A stretch of 64,000 nucleotides of DNA from the NCBI GenBank assembly GCA_001643675.2, contig LSRY02000056.1, positions 434,001-498,000 of the forward strand, in the 5' to 3' direction. The notes under the pieces are model-generated. The model saw only the letters and a list, made by a program, of their open reading frames with translations, made no database searches and had not been told where the DNA came from. The position numbers and the translations under genes were made by a program. Below, one piece after another: positions 11,101-22,124 of this stretch (positions within the stretch are counted from its first letter, which is position 1; every line of letters starts with the position of its first letter). The stretch comes from Monocercomonoides exilis PA203 (Eukaryota; Protista; Preaxostyla).

Positions 11101-14100
11101 GAACGAATCTTCCTTCACCTTCATGAGAAGCATCACTCAGAAAGACAACTCAGTTGTTGGACATGACAGAACAGAGGCATTCGGCAACTGGAATGTCGAT
11201 TTATTTATATTTCTCGATGGATATTTCTCAGATACAATTTATGTGGATGGAACATCTGGAGTGGAGAAGGCATATTGTGGCTTGGAAAAGGCACCTTGTT
11301 TGAGCGTGAGTTATGGAATGGAACATTTGAAGAAAACACAGAACGCAAAACAGGAGATTATTTTATGCACCAATTCATCTGTAATTGGATGTGTGGATAT
11401 GAGCGTGGTGAGTGTGAAAGCAAAAGAGGAAGAAATTATTGGCATTGAATGCAAAAGTGAATTGAATGGCTCTGAAGAATACATTCTGAAATCAGCATCA
11501 CTGACAGAAATGAAGTTCATTGGGATTGTTGTTCCATCGAGCTTTAACAGAACAATCACATCAGTGATTGGATCGAGCACTCAAAATGGGGAGCTGTTCA
11601 TGAAGAATTGTGCGATGAGTGTAAATGGAGGGAAGCAAAACACAATTGAATTTTTCTTGATCAAATCGACAGGAAAGATGGTTGAACTGGATTCTATCAC
11701 AATTTCAGATGTGAAATCATTGCACTCATTGTTTTCATTTTCACTTTCTTCTGGAAGTGCGAATGAAGGAGACACTGAACAAAAATACAAATCGAAGCTG
11801 TTGAATTGTTCAATGGAAAGATTGGAGATTGATAGCACAGCAGCAGTTGATGGAGAGGCAGCCATGTTTGGAGGGAGCGTTGGAGTTGGGATGGTGATGA
11901 ATGGAAGCAGAATTGAAGGGGCAGTGTCGGAGAAGAACAAAGAAGGAGGAGGATTGAAGATAGCGTTGGGTGAAGGAGGATATGTTGCGCTTGAAGAGAG
12001 CTCATTAATTGGATGTGTTTGTGAGAATTTGGGTGAAGAAGGAAAAGGAGGAGGGATATATCTGGATTGCTATTCGAATGAAGGAGGATTTCAGTTTTCA
12101 TCGATATCATTTTCTGGATGTTCAGCAACAGTTGGGAAGAATATGTTTGTGAAGAGCAACAATCTGGTAAACAGTGTGAATACACAGCGTTTTGCAATTG
12201 TAAACACAGATTACGAGGATGATGAGAATGCATTTGTTGGAGAAGATGGAAAATATGGAGAAATGGATCTTCGAGTGTTTCTCGTTTCTTTGAAGTGGGT
12301 GGTTGTATCTGTGTCGATTGGTGGACATGACACATTGGGATGTGGAATTGAAATATTCCCATGCGAATCGATGAAAAGCGGAATTGACCACATTGATAGA
12401 AGTGATGCAGAGGGGGAAAGGAAAGTGAAAGCGAAAGATGAAGGGACAATAGAAGATATATATTCTTTCACAGATGCACTTGTGATTGATGGAGAAGAAA
12501 CCAAACACAAGCCAATTCATTTTGAAGGGACAATCAAAGGGAATTCTTCACCATCATCTTCATCTGTTATTTCATCAACAGTTTCACTCAGCTTGTTTTC
12601 TTTAAAGTTACAGATTCCAAGTCAATTTGTTCCAAATATAAATTCTTTGATCTCTTCGAGTGGAGTTCTTAAACTCGAAAACTGTTTATTTGAAATCCAA
12701 TCATCAACAGATATTGTTCAATACTCATTGATAACAACAACCAGTGGAACTTGCGCATTGAAAGGATGCAGTTTATCAGGATGTTCATTTACCAAATCTT
12801 CATTTGTGATTGCTTCGTCTGTCTTGCTTGAAAACAGCAACTTTTCAAACATCGAGAATACAGGCAGCGGTGAAGAAGGAGGCGTTGCAAAAGTGACATT
12901 GCAAGGGAATGAAGAATTGGTGATTAAATCGACAAGAATATCATCTTGTTCGCTTTCATTAAGCAATGGAAAAGGAGGGTTTTTGTATTTGGATTGCCAA
13001 GAATGTTCCAGTAAAAAGCCATTTCTTTTAGAAAACGTTTCGTTTGCAAACAACAAAGCAGCAATTGGAAAGAATGTGTTCATTTTGGGAAAGGATTTTA
13101 ATTCTTCTGTGACAAATGACTCATTCAAGTTTGATTATTCCTCAATGATCAATGATGGATATTTGTTTGTTGGAAGTGATGGAAAACATCAAGAAAAGGA
13201 TTTGTTCATGTTTTTGATTCCATTCAGCTCATTTGAGATATTTATCTCATCAGAAGGATTTGATGTTGCAAGATGTGGAAGTGAGGAAGAGCCATGCTTC
13301 ACAATGTGGAAAGGGATGGAAAACATGGAGAAGGGAACTGGAATGAAGACAATTCAGGTTGAAGAATCAACAATTATTCGAGATTCATTCAATGTTTCCA
13401 ATTACCAGATCAAAAAAAGTGTAAAGATGGGTGAAGAGAATGAAAAAGCGATATTGAATTTTGAAAAGGCAGTTGGAAGTCAACTTGAATATTTCATGGT
13501 GAATAATATTCATCTTGAATTGATGAATATCCAACTTCAATTGACATCTGGATTTGACAACTCGGCCAAAACGATTATTTTAAACAGAGGAGGAGATTTG
13601 GTGATAACTGGATGTGCATTCCATTCAGAAGCGGGAGTGAATAATGGATTTGATTGTGTGTTTGTGGATGCGATTGGAGGTAGCGTGGAAGTGAATGATT
13701 TGTCGATTGAATCGTGCAATGTTGGAAATAGCATATTTACCATTCATGATGTTGGAGTCTCTTGCCATTTTATGACTATTCGAATGGAATCGTTGAATGA
13801 AAGCAGAGGATGCGTTTTATCAATCAAGAAATCTGAACCAGGATTGAAGATAAATGGAGAAAATGAGGAAAGAATAAATATTGAGATTGTCCAATCATCA
13901 ATTTCAGGAGTGAAGAGAAGTGATAATGGACCAAACATTCTGCAATCAAAGAGTGAGAAAAAGATTTGTTTGATTGTGAATGCGAGCAACATAACAGAAG
14001 ACAAAGCAGAATTGAGTGAAAAAGGAGGGGCTATATTCTTCACATTGGGCGCATCTGGATCAATAAAGATGATTGACTCAACAATCATTCAATGCATCTG

Positions 14101-17100
14101 CGTTAATGGAAAAGGAGGAGGAGTGTATTTGGCAACAAAAGAAAGAGAAGAATTGAACTTCACATTTGTGAAGATGAAGTTCAGAAACAACGAGGCAAGA
14201 GTAGGGAACGATATTTTCATTGAATGCTTCAATATCACATCTCAGATCAATGAAACTCAATTTCAATTTGATCTTCGAGAGAATCATTATTCACGAATTA
14301 ATGCGATTTATGGAAGAGATGAATGCGATTATCCGAGTGACACTGATCTGATTGATTTTGTGACGATCCATCAGAGTGACACAATCATTGTGAGCAGTGT
14401 GAACGGATCAAATGAGAGACAATGTGGAACAATCACACTTCCATGCTATTCGATTGAACATGGAATTGTGCATCTGACTTCAGATATCATGAGTCTGATA
14501 TTTGTTATTGAAGAAAGTGAAATTAGAGGCGAATTGGATCTGAAAGAGATGAGTTTGAGTTCGAAGAGTAGAGACTTGTGTGAAGTTGAAGTGAAATTGG
14601 AGATTAAAAGAACGAGAGAGACTTTGGCGACAACAAACGGAGCAGTCTCATTGTTGAGAATGAACTTTATGTTTGACTCAAATTTCATCTCTTCACATGA
14701 ATCGCTGATATTACCAGAGGGAGGGATTCTTGAGATAATAAATTCCTCATTCACAACAAAACAATCCAATGAAGAAGGAAAAGCAAGATTGGCAAATATT
14801 CCATTTCATATAATTAAAATGGCAAAAGGAGAATTGCAACTTGATGGATGTGCAATATCAAATCTAATTCTTCATAAATCTGCATTGTATCTTTCATCAT
14901 CACTTCCATCAGTAGTTTATTCGTTTGATATCAGCAATTCAACGATTTCTCATTCTCTTGTTGAAATCATTGAATGTGGACAATTAAACATGGAAAAGTT
15001 TCATACAGAAAATATTTCAATTGAAGGAAATGAAGAATCGTTGATATCTTGCTTTTCAATGAAAAAGACAATTCAGTTGACAAATTGTACAATAGGTGGA
15101 ATCAGTTCAAACAAAGCAAAAGGGAAATTGATGAAATTTGTCGATTGCATAGATGTGAAAATGGACAATTGCATTTTTGATGGGAGTGCAAACGAAAGAA
15201 ATGAACAATATTTGAATGTGAAAGAAGAAGAGATGTGCAGATGGGATGGATCTCTTGTGGATGTTGTGAAGAGTTCTGTGATGATGAAAGACACAACAAT
15301 CTCGAATTCACCAGATGGAGGAATAACAATGAGTGGAGGGGAGTTGACTGTTAATGATGGAAGATTTGAGAATAATAATCCATCAATTGAAGGATATCCA
15401 TCATCGAGAAGAAACATAATCTGTTCAGATTATGGAACATTGAATGTGTTGAGTTTGAAAGGAGGAGATGGATTGGAGAGAAATACTTCACTTTGGATGT
15501 TGAATGAAGGGTGCAGTTTTGAAGGGATTGTTTCTGAGAGAGATTCATCATTCTTTATTCCTGTACTGGAGAGTGTGGAAGCAAAAGAAGAGGCAAATCG
15601 AATGAAGCTGACATTCAAAGGAATGCTTCTTGTTTCATGCAATCTGTCATTTGCGGTTGTGAAGCGGAAGGGAGATGAAAAAGAGATTGAAAAACACGAT
15701 TTTGATTCAAATGGGTTTTTGTCAGAAAGAGAAGTTGAAGGGAGTGTGGGGAAAGATCTCATCAGCAGTTGTGGAAATGAAATAGAAGTGAATGCGCATA
15801 TTTTGTTCGGAGATGCAGAGAATCCTTCATCAACTCATCCATTCATTCTGAAGAACAAAAGTGAATCAGAACCAAAAGGAGATGAAAAGATTGTTGAAGG
15901 AGGAAAAGAAGGGAAATCGTTTTGGCTGATTATTGTTATTGTGATTGTGTGTGTTGTATTTGTAATACTTCTGCTTGTAATTGTTATTATTCTGGCTATT
16001 CGATGGAGAAAGGCAAAGAACGAGAACAAAGATCTGAGAGAGATTGTGAATGATAATATCAGAAAAGATCCAAAGGCATTTGAGATGATGACGATGGAGA
16101 TGTCGCCTGAGGAACAGTGGCGAAGAGCCGAAAGAGAGGCAGAGAAGAAGAACGAAGAGAGGATAAAGAAGAGAGTATATGCGAAAAGCCTTGGACACTC
16201 GGAGTCATCTGAGCATCTTCTGTCTGAGAGTGGCTCAACTGAATACATATTGGGAAAGGATTCAGACAAGATTCCAGATTGGGCATTGGAGAAGATAGAA
16301 GAAGACGATGATGACGAAGAGGTGCAAAAGAGAACACCATCTCCGTCAATTTCATCCGCTTCAACAACGGATACAGACACAACATTTGTTCGGGTGGAGA
16401 GTCCGTGTCCAACCACCTCATCTATGTCGAACTTGGTGGATGCCATGGCCTGCTCATGCCCTTACGAGAAGCTGATTGTGGATCTGAGGGATTCGATGTT
16501 CATGCTGCTTCATGGGAGGAACGAGAAGAAAGATCTGGGGATTGGTACGTTGAAGGAAAGGGAGGTGACGGGAGCACAGATGCTGTTTTGGGTGGCGAAT
16601 GGGGCTTTGCACTCACTTGAAGATGAGGAAGATGAACTTCCCTCTTTGCGAAACCTGGATTCGCACATTGTGCTGTTCTCGGAGCACATGGTGATCTGCA
16701 TTGCCCTCCACTCCGACTGCTCTTCAATTTCAACTTCTTCTTCTTCTGATGATGATGATGATTATGACTCAGATTCGGACATTTCATCTATTGTCACTTC
16801 AAATTCTGATTGCTCATCGGTGAATGGGAATGGCAAGAGCTCTTTGCCTCCGCCCTCAACTGCGTTTGAGGATGAAGATAACAACAGAAAAGAGTGTCTG
16901 AGGTGGAAGGCTCCAGAGCTACTGATGAACAAGAAGATGGGAGCAACAGAGAAGTCAGTTGCATTCTCAATTGGGATGATGCTGTGGGAGTGTTTGACCC
17001 TGCAAATACCGTTTGGGGAGTATGAGGCAGAGGTTGCAGGGCAGAAGATTGTTGATGGAGAGAAGCCGAATAAGTTGGGAATCGAAGATAGTGGAGTAAA

Positions 17101-17335
17101 GAATGTGGTAGATGCGTGCCTGTCATCAGAGGCATCGAAAAGACCAACCCTTGCCGAGCTGAAAAAAGAGCTGATTGGACTGCTTCCAGTTGGAACATTT
17201 GTTGTGACGATAACAGATGCAATCTTGCTTGAAGAAAGCAGTGAAGAACACGAAGACGAAGGCAAGAGCGACAAAAACGAAAAAGAAAGGACATTGGAAG
17301 TGAATGAGATGAAAGATATGTTTAATGAGGAATGA
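8132..17335 (+). CDS. Giant type-I membrane receptor-like protein (~3070 aa): signal peptide, tandem Cys-capped beta-helix/Pmp-like modules, TM helix, degenerate TK/TKL-like kinase domain
   Basis: The ATG at 8132 opens a hydrophobic signal (MVRLFTSAKAALNIVALLLLCARCLNA). Repeated GGA(I/L)/GGGxYL and FxxNxA motifs, five CGxxxxPCx(T/S) motifs, TM FWLIIVIVIVCVVFVILLLVIVIILAI followed by RWRK, kinase C-lobe motifs RWKAPELL, FSIGMMLWECLTLQIPF, KRPTL. Single exon. Confidence 0.85.
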   Translation: MVRLFTSAKAALNIVALLLLCARCLNAEGNANAQILRKRSEEIQKGNICIADENIRLDTNFFIRKEASRITSGNHVCCSQTSLNIINSSLCVSHLTIVPLTGCPPLTAQHHSAATILSSTCQINPAAKSPLFLSTHASLSLANFSLITPQPAVLSFPLFSTPNNLLPDTHSPIPASFSISHSSFSSFVSLIQPFLFSPSSLSSPSPSPSPSLSSSPSSSSSSSSSSSFSSPSPSLSPSISSSSSPSPLHIHHQYHPHLQIHLNLHLSNTLFSNISSLQSPLSLPSLPSHSLNPFTSTTSSSSLSSTNTNTNSIPSFSLHSSLSIHSTIFLHTHNPIDGAILPNLNSPSTSLSAFNTSFLQQTRSSPNDPVIHEGTESERIRLGRLASFDKNSHRFEWCEWENTTGGRSHGGALNVNCANASIAITLCSFDKCISDGGSGGALYCAYLLKINNTKSNYTNCSAFHGGAACVDAPQSSSIWEFSENKVENCSITSWCATGWYFWLETLKSNGHFQFSKCKCITNYGGDSSGSLSLNFPPNIKPSLFLVDDCQFINNKLSSLSTKWGGAAIFFRDTYPWMSGTKFITFCFFDGNSAANGRGNDVFLNGSSITKSPFENCGSTTLTKRVWNAGTADNTEYNSWLPLIAKSITVANNGIDADTCGRMQQSPCATIEYALGCVAPFQDASLILLKSTFAPIQTLIFHAPNTSITGNGTDATTIASSHIPQPPNSHSQSSQSTSSFSSFSSSSSSTTSSSPDPSASSAHFQQTQGSLTVSALAISHNSTNAITPILFHLSENSPSLNLNTITITGTTSITIKTPLFFLTAGSLALNHTAITSLTLNSQSIFHLASLASPLTLNSSSITDITSTATPASCVLSSTTSPALSISLANCTITNINSEQLSQQTATNGGCISFASSAPANSFSVSDSTFSSCSVSEDTSSGGRGGALMIEYKDDSQVSESSFSMTNVMFSANKASVGRDVYFVCESFVASVNESSFTFMRSITQKDNSVVGHDRTEAFGNWNVDLFIFLDGYFSDTIYVDGTSGVEKAYCGLEKAPCLSVSYGMEHLKKTQNAKQEIILCTNSSVIGCVDMSVVSVKAKEEEIIGIECKSELNGSEEYILKSASLTEMKFIGIVVPSSFNRTITSVIGSSTQNGELFMKNCAMSVNGGKQNTIEFFLIKSTGKMVELDSITISDVKSLHSLFSFSLSSGSANEGDTEQKYKSKLLNCSMERLEIDSTAAVDGEAAMFGGSVGVGMVMNGSRIEGAVSEKNKEGGGLKIALGEGGYVALEESSLIGCVCENLGEEGKGGGIYLDCYSNEGGFQFSSISFSGCSATVGKNMFVKSNNLVNSVNTQRFAIVNTDYEDDENAFVGEDGKYGEMDLRVFLVSLKWVVVSVSIGGHDTLGCGIEIFPCESMKSGIDHIDRSDAEGERKVKAKDEGTIEDIYSFTDALVIDGEETKHKPIHFEGTIKGNSSPSSSSVISSTVSLSLFSLKLQIPSQFVPNINSLISSSGVLKLENCLFEIQSSTDIVQYSLITTTSGTCALKGCSLSGCSFTKSSFVIASSVLLENSNFSNIENTGSGEEGGVAKVTLQGNEELVIKSTRISSCSLSLSNGKGGFLYLDCQECSSKKPFLLENVSFANNKAAIGKNVFILGKDFNSSVTNDSFKFDYSSMINDGYLFVGSDGKHQEKDLFMFLIPFSSFEIFISSEGFDVARCGSEEEPCFTMWKGMENMEKGTGMKTIQVEESTIIRDSFNVSNYQIKKSVKMGEENEKAILNFEKAVGSQLEYFMVNNIHLELMNIQLQLTSGFDNSAKTIILNRGGDLVITGCAFHSEAGVNNGFDCVFVDAIGGSVEVNDLSIESCNVGNSIFTIHDVGVSCHFMTIRMESLNESRGCVLSIKKSEPGLKINGENEERINIEIVQSSISGVKRSDNGPNILQSKSEKKICLIVNASNITEDKAELSEKGGAIFFTLGASGSIKMIDSTIIQCICVNGKGGGVYLATKEREELNFTFVKMKFRNNEARVGNDIFIECFNITSQINETQFQFDLRENHYSRINAIYGRDECDYPSDTDLIDFVTIHQSDTIIVSSVNGSNERQCGTITLPCYSIEHGIVHLTSDIMSLIFVIEESEIRGELDLKEMSLSSKSRDLCEVEVKLEIKRTRETLATTNGAVSLLRMNFMFDSNFISSHESLILPEGGILEIINSSFTTKQSNEEGKARLANIPFHIIKMAKGELQLDGCAISNLILHKSALYLSSSLPSVVYSFDISNSTISHSLVEIIECGQLNMEKFHTENISIEGNEESLISCFSMKKTIQLTNCTIGGISSNKAKGKLMKFVDCIDVKMDNCIFDGSANERNEQYLNVKEEEMCRWDGSLVDVVKSSVMMKDTTISNSPDGGITMSGGELTVNDGRFENNNPSIEGYPSSRRNIICSDYGTLNVLSLKGGDGLERNTSLWMLNEGCSFEGIVSERDSSFFIPVLESVEAKEEANRMKLTFKGMLLVSCNLSFAVVKRKGDEKEIEKHDFDSNGFLSEREVEGSVGKDLISSCGNEIEVNAHILFGDAENPSSTHPFILKNKSESEPKGDEKIVEGGKEGKSFWLIIVIVIVCVVFVILLLVIVIILAIRWRKAKNENKDLREIVNDNIRKDPKAFEMMTMEMSPEEQWRRAEREAEKKNEERIKKRVYAKSLGHSESSEHLLSESGSTEYILGKDSDKIPDWALEKIEEDDDDEEVQKRTPSPSISSASTTDTDTTFVRVESPCPTTSSMSNLVDAMACSCPYEKLIVDLRDSMFMLLHGRNEKKDLGIGTLKEREVTGAQMLFWVANGALHSLEDEEDELPSLRNLDSHIVLFSEHMVICIALHSDCSSISTSSSSDDDDDYDSDSDISSIVTSNSDCSSVNGNGKSSLPPPSTAFEDEDNNRKECLRWKAPELLMNKKMGATEKSVAFSIGMMLWECLTLQIPFGEYEAEVAGQKIVDGEKPNKLGIEDSGVKNVVDACLSSEASKRPTLAELKKELIGLLPVGTFVVTITDAILLEESSEEHEDEGKSDKNEKERTLEVNEMKDMFNEE

Positions 17336-18129
17336 GTGATAAATGCAAAAGAAATACTATCCGTGCAAAAAAAATGTTCGGAAAAGAAAGTTGTCAGAGT
17401 ATTTTTGCATCTATTTTGATCATAGCTGTAATAAGATTCGTTGGATTTGGAAATGGACGTGTGACATGATGGAAATTAATCGAGCAAGCAAATTTTGAGA
17501 TTTATTGTTTTTATAAAATCGCTTCAGATGACATTTAAATAACTAATTTTTGATGAAAATTTTGAGGGAAAAACAAAAAAATATTGCAATAGTTTGTATG
17601 GCATTTACAAATTTAATTTCGATGGTGTAAAAATGCTTCATTATTCAATTATTTGAATCTCAAAACAAATAAATTTCAAAGTTTTGGTTTTTTCAAATAA
17701 AAGCTCGACTGAAGAATGCAAAACGTTAATAAACTTGCAACATATGCATATCCATTTTCATTTATTCAAAGACGTTCATTTCAATAGAAATCAATATATT
17801 AATATTTTATTCGAAAGAGAAAGATAGAAAGAAAGAGACATCAAAAATTGGGGAAAATCTGGATTTATGAGCATTTTTTGAGCAAAATATCACAACTTCA
17901 TTTCAAATTATTCAAAATATAATCACTGAAGAAGGTATTTATTTTGTTTTTTTTTTCCCTCGTTTTTGAATAAATATCTTATAAACAAAATATTATTTCT
18001 TTGAACCATTCAATTCAAGTCAGCAATAAAGCTCGGAAATATGAATTTCCACAAAAATTTTATAAATAAATAAATAAATAAAATTGAATGAAAATGAAAA
18101 TGAAAGAAAACAAAAACAAAAACAAAAAC

Positions 18130-18162
<33 letters not shown>

Positions 18163-18691
18163 AAATATTAAAATTATAATAATAATAATAATTTTTTTTT
18201 TGATTATTTGATAATTATTTGTTCTAAATTGAAGAATTGTAAATGATATATGTTGCAAGTTTTCTCCCATTGTGTGTGGAAAAATCTGCAACTTCTTGTT
18301 TTTGCAAAAATGAAAAGAATTATTAGTAGATACAAAATAGAAATGTTTGTGATTAAATGTGGAACAAAATGTATTATTATCAGAAAACAAACATAATGTT
18401 CATTGTTTGAGAATACTTGTTTTCAACCTTTTTATTAATATTTTGGAAGAATAACTCAAATGGATGTTTTTTTTATGAAGAGATAAAAGATGAAACAAAA
18501 AATGAGTTCCATGAAAAGTGGGGATAAATAAAAAACCTAAAAATCGAAAAATGATCTTGTTTTTGCTGCACTTTTACCTGAAAATGATGAGTTGGAACAT
18601 CAAACAAAACTTCAAAATTACAACTCAAACTCTAACACTTGTCCAAAGTATCTAAAGTATAATTAATTTATTATTTAGGCGATTCAAATAA

Positions 18692-21190
18692 CAATGAGTT
18701 AAAAACCAGGTATATAGGAAAAAAACCGGGACTTAAAAAAATGAACTTTTTTCTTTCAATAAAACAGTAGCATGTTTAAACTGAATATTGACTGATGAAA
18801 CATTTGAAGTTGGAAAGTTCTAATTTTTCAAACTGTTTCGATGTATTTTTTCTTTAATTGTTGTTCAATTGATGGAATGATAATTCGTTATTCCATATTT
18901 GTTGTTGAAATTATAATAGGAAATTAAGCTAATTTGAAGAAATAAGAAATTATCACTCCGTATTTTTAACTGTTTTCGTTTTGTTTATTTGATTATCCTT
19001 TCAAACAACATTTTTTCCTTCTTGATCATTTTGATCATTCCCTTTTTTGAAATGGAAAAGAAATCAATTTCTACGGAAGAGCTTCTTTGGATAGCTCCAA
19101 CAAGTAAATACCGTGCAATTCATTCCAGATCAAGGAAATTTTTGGAAAACTAGAAAACATATCCATTAACAGTAAACGTGGCAGTCAAAGCGAAAGAAGT
19201 AACAAGGCAGGCTTTGTTCAGAGGCAAAACAGCGGAAAAGAAAAACAGAGATGTTGGAAAGAAAGGAAGACCATCTCTTAAAAATTTTGAGCAACTGGAA
19301 AAAATTGAAAATCAGGTTTTGTCTTTATTATTAGAAGGAGATGTTGTTCGAATGAAGCACATACATGAAATGGTTTTCATTTTTTTATATGATTATTTTT
19401 AATCTTTTTTGCAATAGGCAATTTAAATATTGGACATGAAATCAACAAATGAAGAAGAAAATGAGAAACTCCATCCGAAATTACCTTTTTTCTTAGTTCA
19501 AAGAAGCACCATATTAAAGGTCGCCCTTGCGAGACCACTGGAAATTGCGAAAATTCGATCACAGAGCCCTGAAAGTGTGACTAATTGGTTTGAAGAAGTC
19601 AAAGGAATCGTAGAAAGAAACAATATCGAAGTTTCCAATATTTTTAATTTTGTCGAATCTTCTGTGAGAATCGGAGAAAGTTCGTCAAAATTAGTTATCT
19701 GTTTGAAAGATCAGATCCCTCCTTCTCCTCCAGAACCTCGAAAAATTGCCAACGCAACTCTTTGCGTTTGCGTGTGTTCTGATGGTTCCTGCCTTCCTCA
19801 TTTTTTTCTTTATCCAAAGAAAAAAATGCCTGAAGAGTTTTCTAATTTGATATTTTTTAATATAAATTATATTCCTGCGCCTTCCGGATGGATTACCACT
19901 GAAATTTTCAAAATCATCATGCTTCAAAATTGGATTCCTCTCATTCATCAAAAAATACAATCAACATCTTCGAAAAAGGCTCTTCTTCTTCTTGACAACC
20001 ATTCGACCCATACATGTTCAGAAGTCATTATGGAAGCTGAAAATAACGGAGTCTTCATAAAAACATTTCCGCCTAACATGATTCATCTCCTCCAGCCCTG
20101 CGACAATGTGATATTTGCCAGATTAATAAGAACGTTATTCAATAATTACAAAGTTACAATGGATGATTCATGTTTTTCATACAGAAAGCACTTTCTGAGG
20201 TTTTTCCTGACGCAATCGCAGCAGCGACCACTCCTTCAGTAATTAAAACTGCCTTTCTAAATACAGGAATCTGGCCACTTGCAGCTTCGCAAGTTTTCTC
20301 CAAAATAAGTGAATCTTCAACAAAATCTTCTTCAGCAATTTCTTCAGATGAAGTTAACAAGGAATTGTTTGGTTCTTTTTCCCCAAAGCGCAAAGTTAAA
20401 TCAACAAAAAATGTGCAAAAGGAAATGAAAATTGAAGAAAAACATTATAGGGATGAATACATGAAGACAGATGATGATAATTTCTCAGACGAAGATCGTG
20501 ACCATGCTTCAAGAAACAAATCAATATCAAAAAGAAACCCGTGAATAAAAAAGAAAAAAATCGATGATGACAACATTTATGAAGACGATGAAGCTTCGTC
20601 AAAAGAAATGGGGATTGATGAGCAAAAGGAAAGCGCAGAAGAGACTTCTCAACCTGAAAGCAAAAATTTTAAAATACGGCACGATGATAACGAAAAGATG
20701 GAAGCATTAACTGGTTTGAGAAATACTTATTTTTTTATCAAATCTTTTCTTCATTTAAAAATAAATTTTCATATCTGACTTGATATTAATTGTTAATTTT
20801 GGACTGGATGCCTTTTAATAAATGGAAAAATTTTTTTCTAAATTTTCACATTTAATTCAGAATAAGCAGTGGTTGGAAAAGACTGAGCATTGGGAAGCAA
20901 ATAGCTTTGGTCAAAATCATAACAATTTTCATATTTAGAAGATCTAACTTAAATAGTTATATATATTTGAGGAATATCATTTCACACGAAAATTTTTAAT
21001 TCGTTGATAAAATATGAAAGTTGTTTTTGACTGCTAAGTTTAATTCTTCTTTTTTCCAAACGTTCATTAATTATCACTTTCAGCATTAAAAAAACATATT
21101 ATTTGAATAAAAACTGAAAAAAATTGAAGATACAGTTGCTAAATAAAAAATCCGGGTTTTTTTTCTTAATATTTGGTTTTTTACTCATTG
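18692..21190 (+). mobile_element. Decayed pogo/Fot1-like DNA transposon (~2.5 kb)
   Basis: Imperfect 40-bp TIRs at 18692-18731 and 21151-21190 (33/40 identical, starting CAATGAGT). TAA on both flanks (18689-18691, 21191-21193). Contains a broken transposase. Confidence 0.85.
19052..20544 (+). pseudogene. pogo/Fot1-type (DDE_1, DD35D) transposase pseudogene
   Basis: Motifs IFNFVESS (first catalytic D appears as V), SGWIT, LLLLDNHSTH, FPPNMIHLLQPCD, TAFLNTGIWP. In-frame TAG near 19151, frameshift near 20190, probable short intron near 19373-19417. Confidence 0.85.
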
Positions 21191-21883
21191 TAACACAATG
21201 TTCGAAGATGAAATACAAATAATTGATTCCTCTAATTTTTTCTCAACAATTAATGTTTCAAAGATAATTTGTCAGAAATTTTTTGTTAAGTGTGTGATTC
21301 TTTTTGAAATCATAACTTTTTTCGGGATGTTGATTCTTCAAAGGATTAATTTCTTTGGGAAGAGATTTTGTTTTTTAAAGCTAAAATTATCACAACTGTT
21401 TCAAAAACAAATGCACGATATGAAATAAAAATAAAGAAGTCTTGAATATGCCTGTTCACTTTTCAGTGTTTTTTTGATAGTATTAAATAAAATTTTCGAA
21501 CCGAAAATTTTGATAGAAAAAAAATTATCTCAAAAATAATCAACTAAGTTCTTTTTTTTAATTTTCAGATTAACTGAAAAATTCATATTTTGATCAAATT
21601 TCTGTCCACACTCACGAAACTTCACAAGAATCGAATTTTCAACTTGATAATTTTATTTTATATGATTTCATCTGTCTTGACAGCATATTTCTTTCGATTT
21701 TCATTTATTATTTTTATTGAAAATTTTGCTTTGTTTTTAATATTATTTATGATAAAATAGAAAATTGCAGTGAGGAAGATGATATCTTTATTGTTAAAAA
21801 AATGAAAACAGATATGGGGCAAATAATTTTTTGCATTTATTAAAAATTCAATAATTTATTCCGAACTTTTTCTGCAATAATGT

Positions 21884-22124
21884 GTCTAAATTTTTTTGAA
21901 AAGTTCCTTTTGATTAATTTTCAGGAAAAAATGAAAATAAAATATTTTCCTTAAAATTTTATACCAACTCACCAACTTTCAACTGTATGGAAATTTTAGC
22001 ATTGTCAAGATTTTGTTTTCATAACAGCGAAATTTGGTGAGTGGGAGAAGAAAATTGATGAAAATATGAAATTTTTATTATATTTGTAAATTAAACAAAA
22101 GGAACTATTCAAAAGAATTTTTTC
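21884..22124. mobile_element. ~240-bp palindromic MITE, degenerate copy, opposite orientation to 30132-30370
   Basis: Arms TTTTTTGAAAAGTTCCTTTTGATTAATTTTCA ... AAATTAAACAAAAGGAACTATTCAAAA. The reverse complement of its interior aligns by eye with the interior of the 30132 copy (CCCACTCACCAAATTT...ATGAAAA...AATCTT.ACAATG). Confidence 0.8.
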
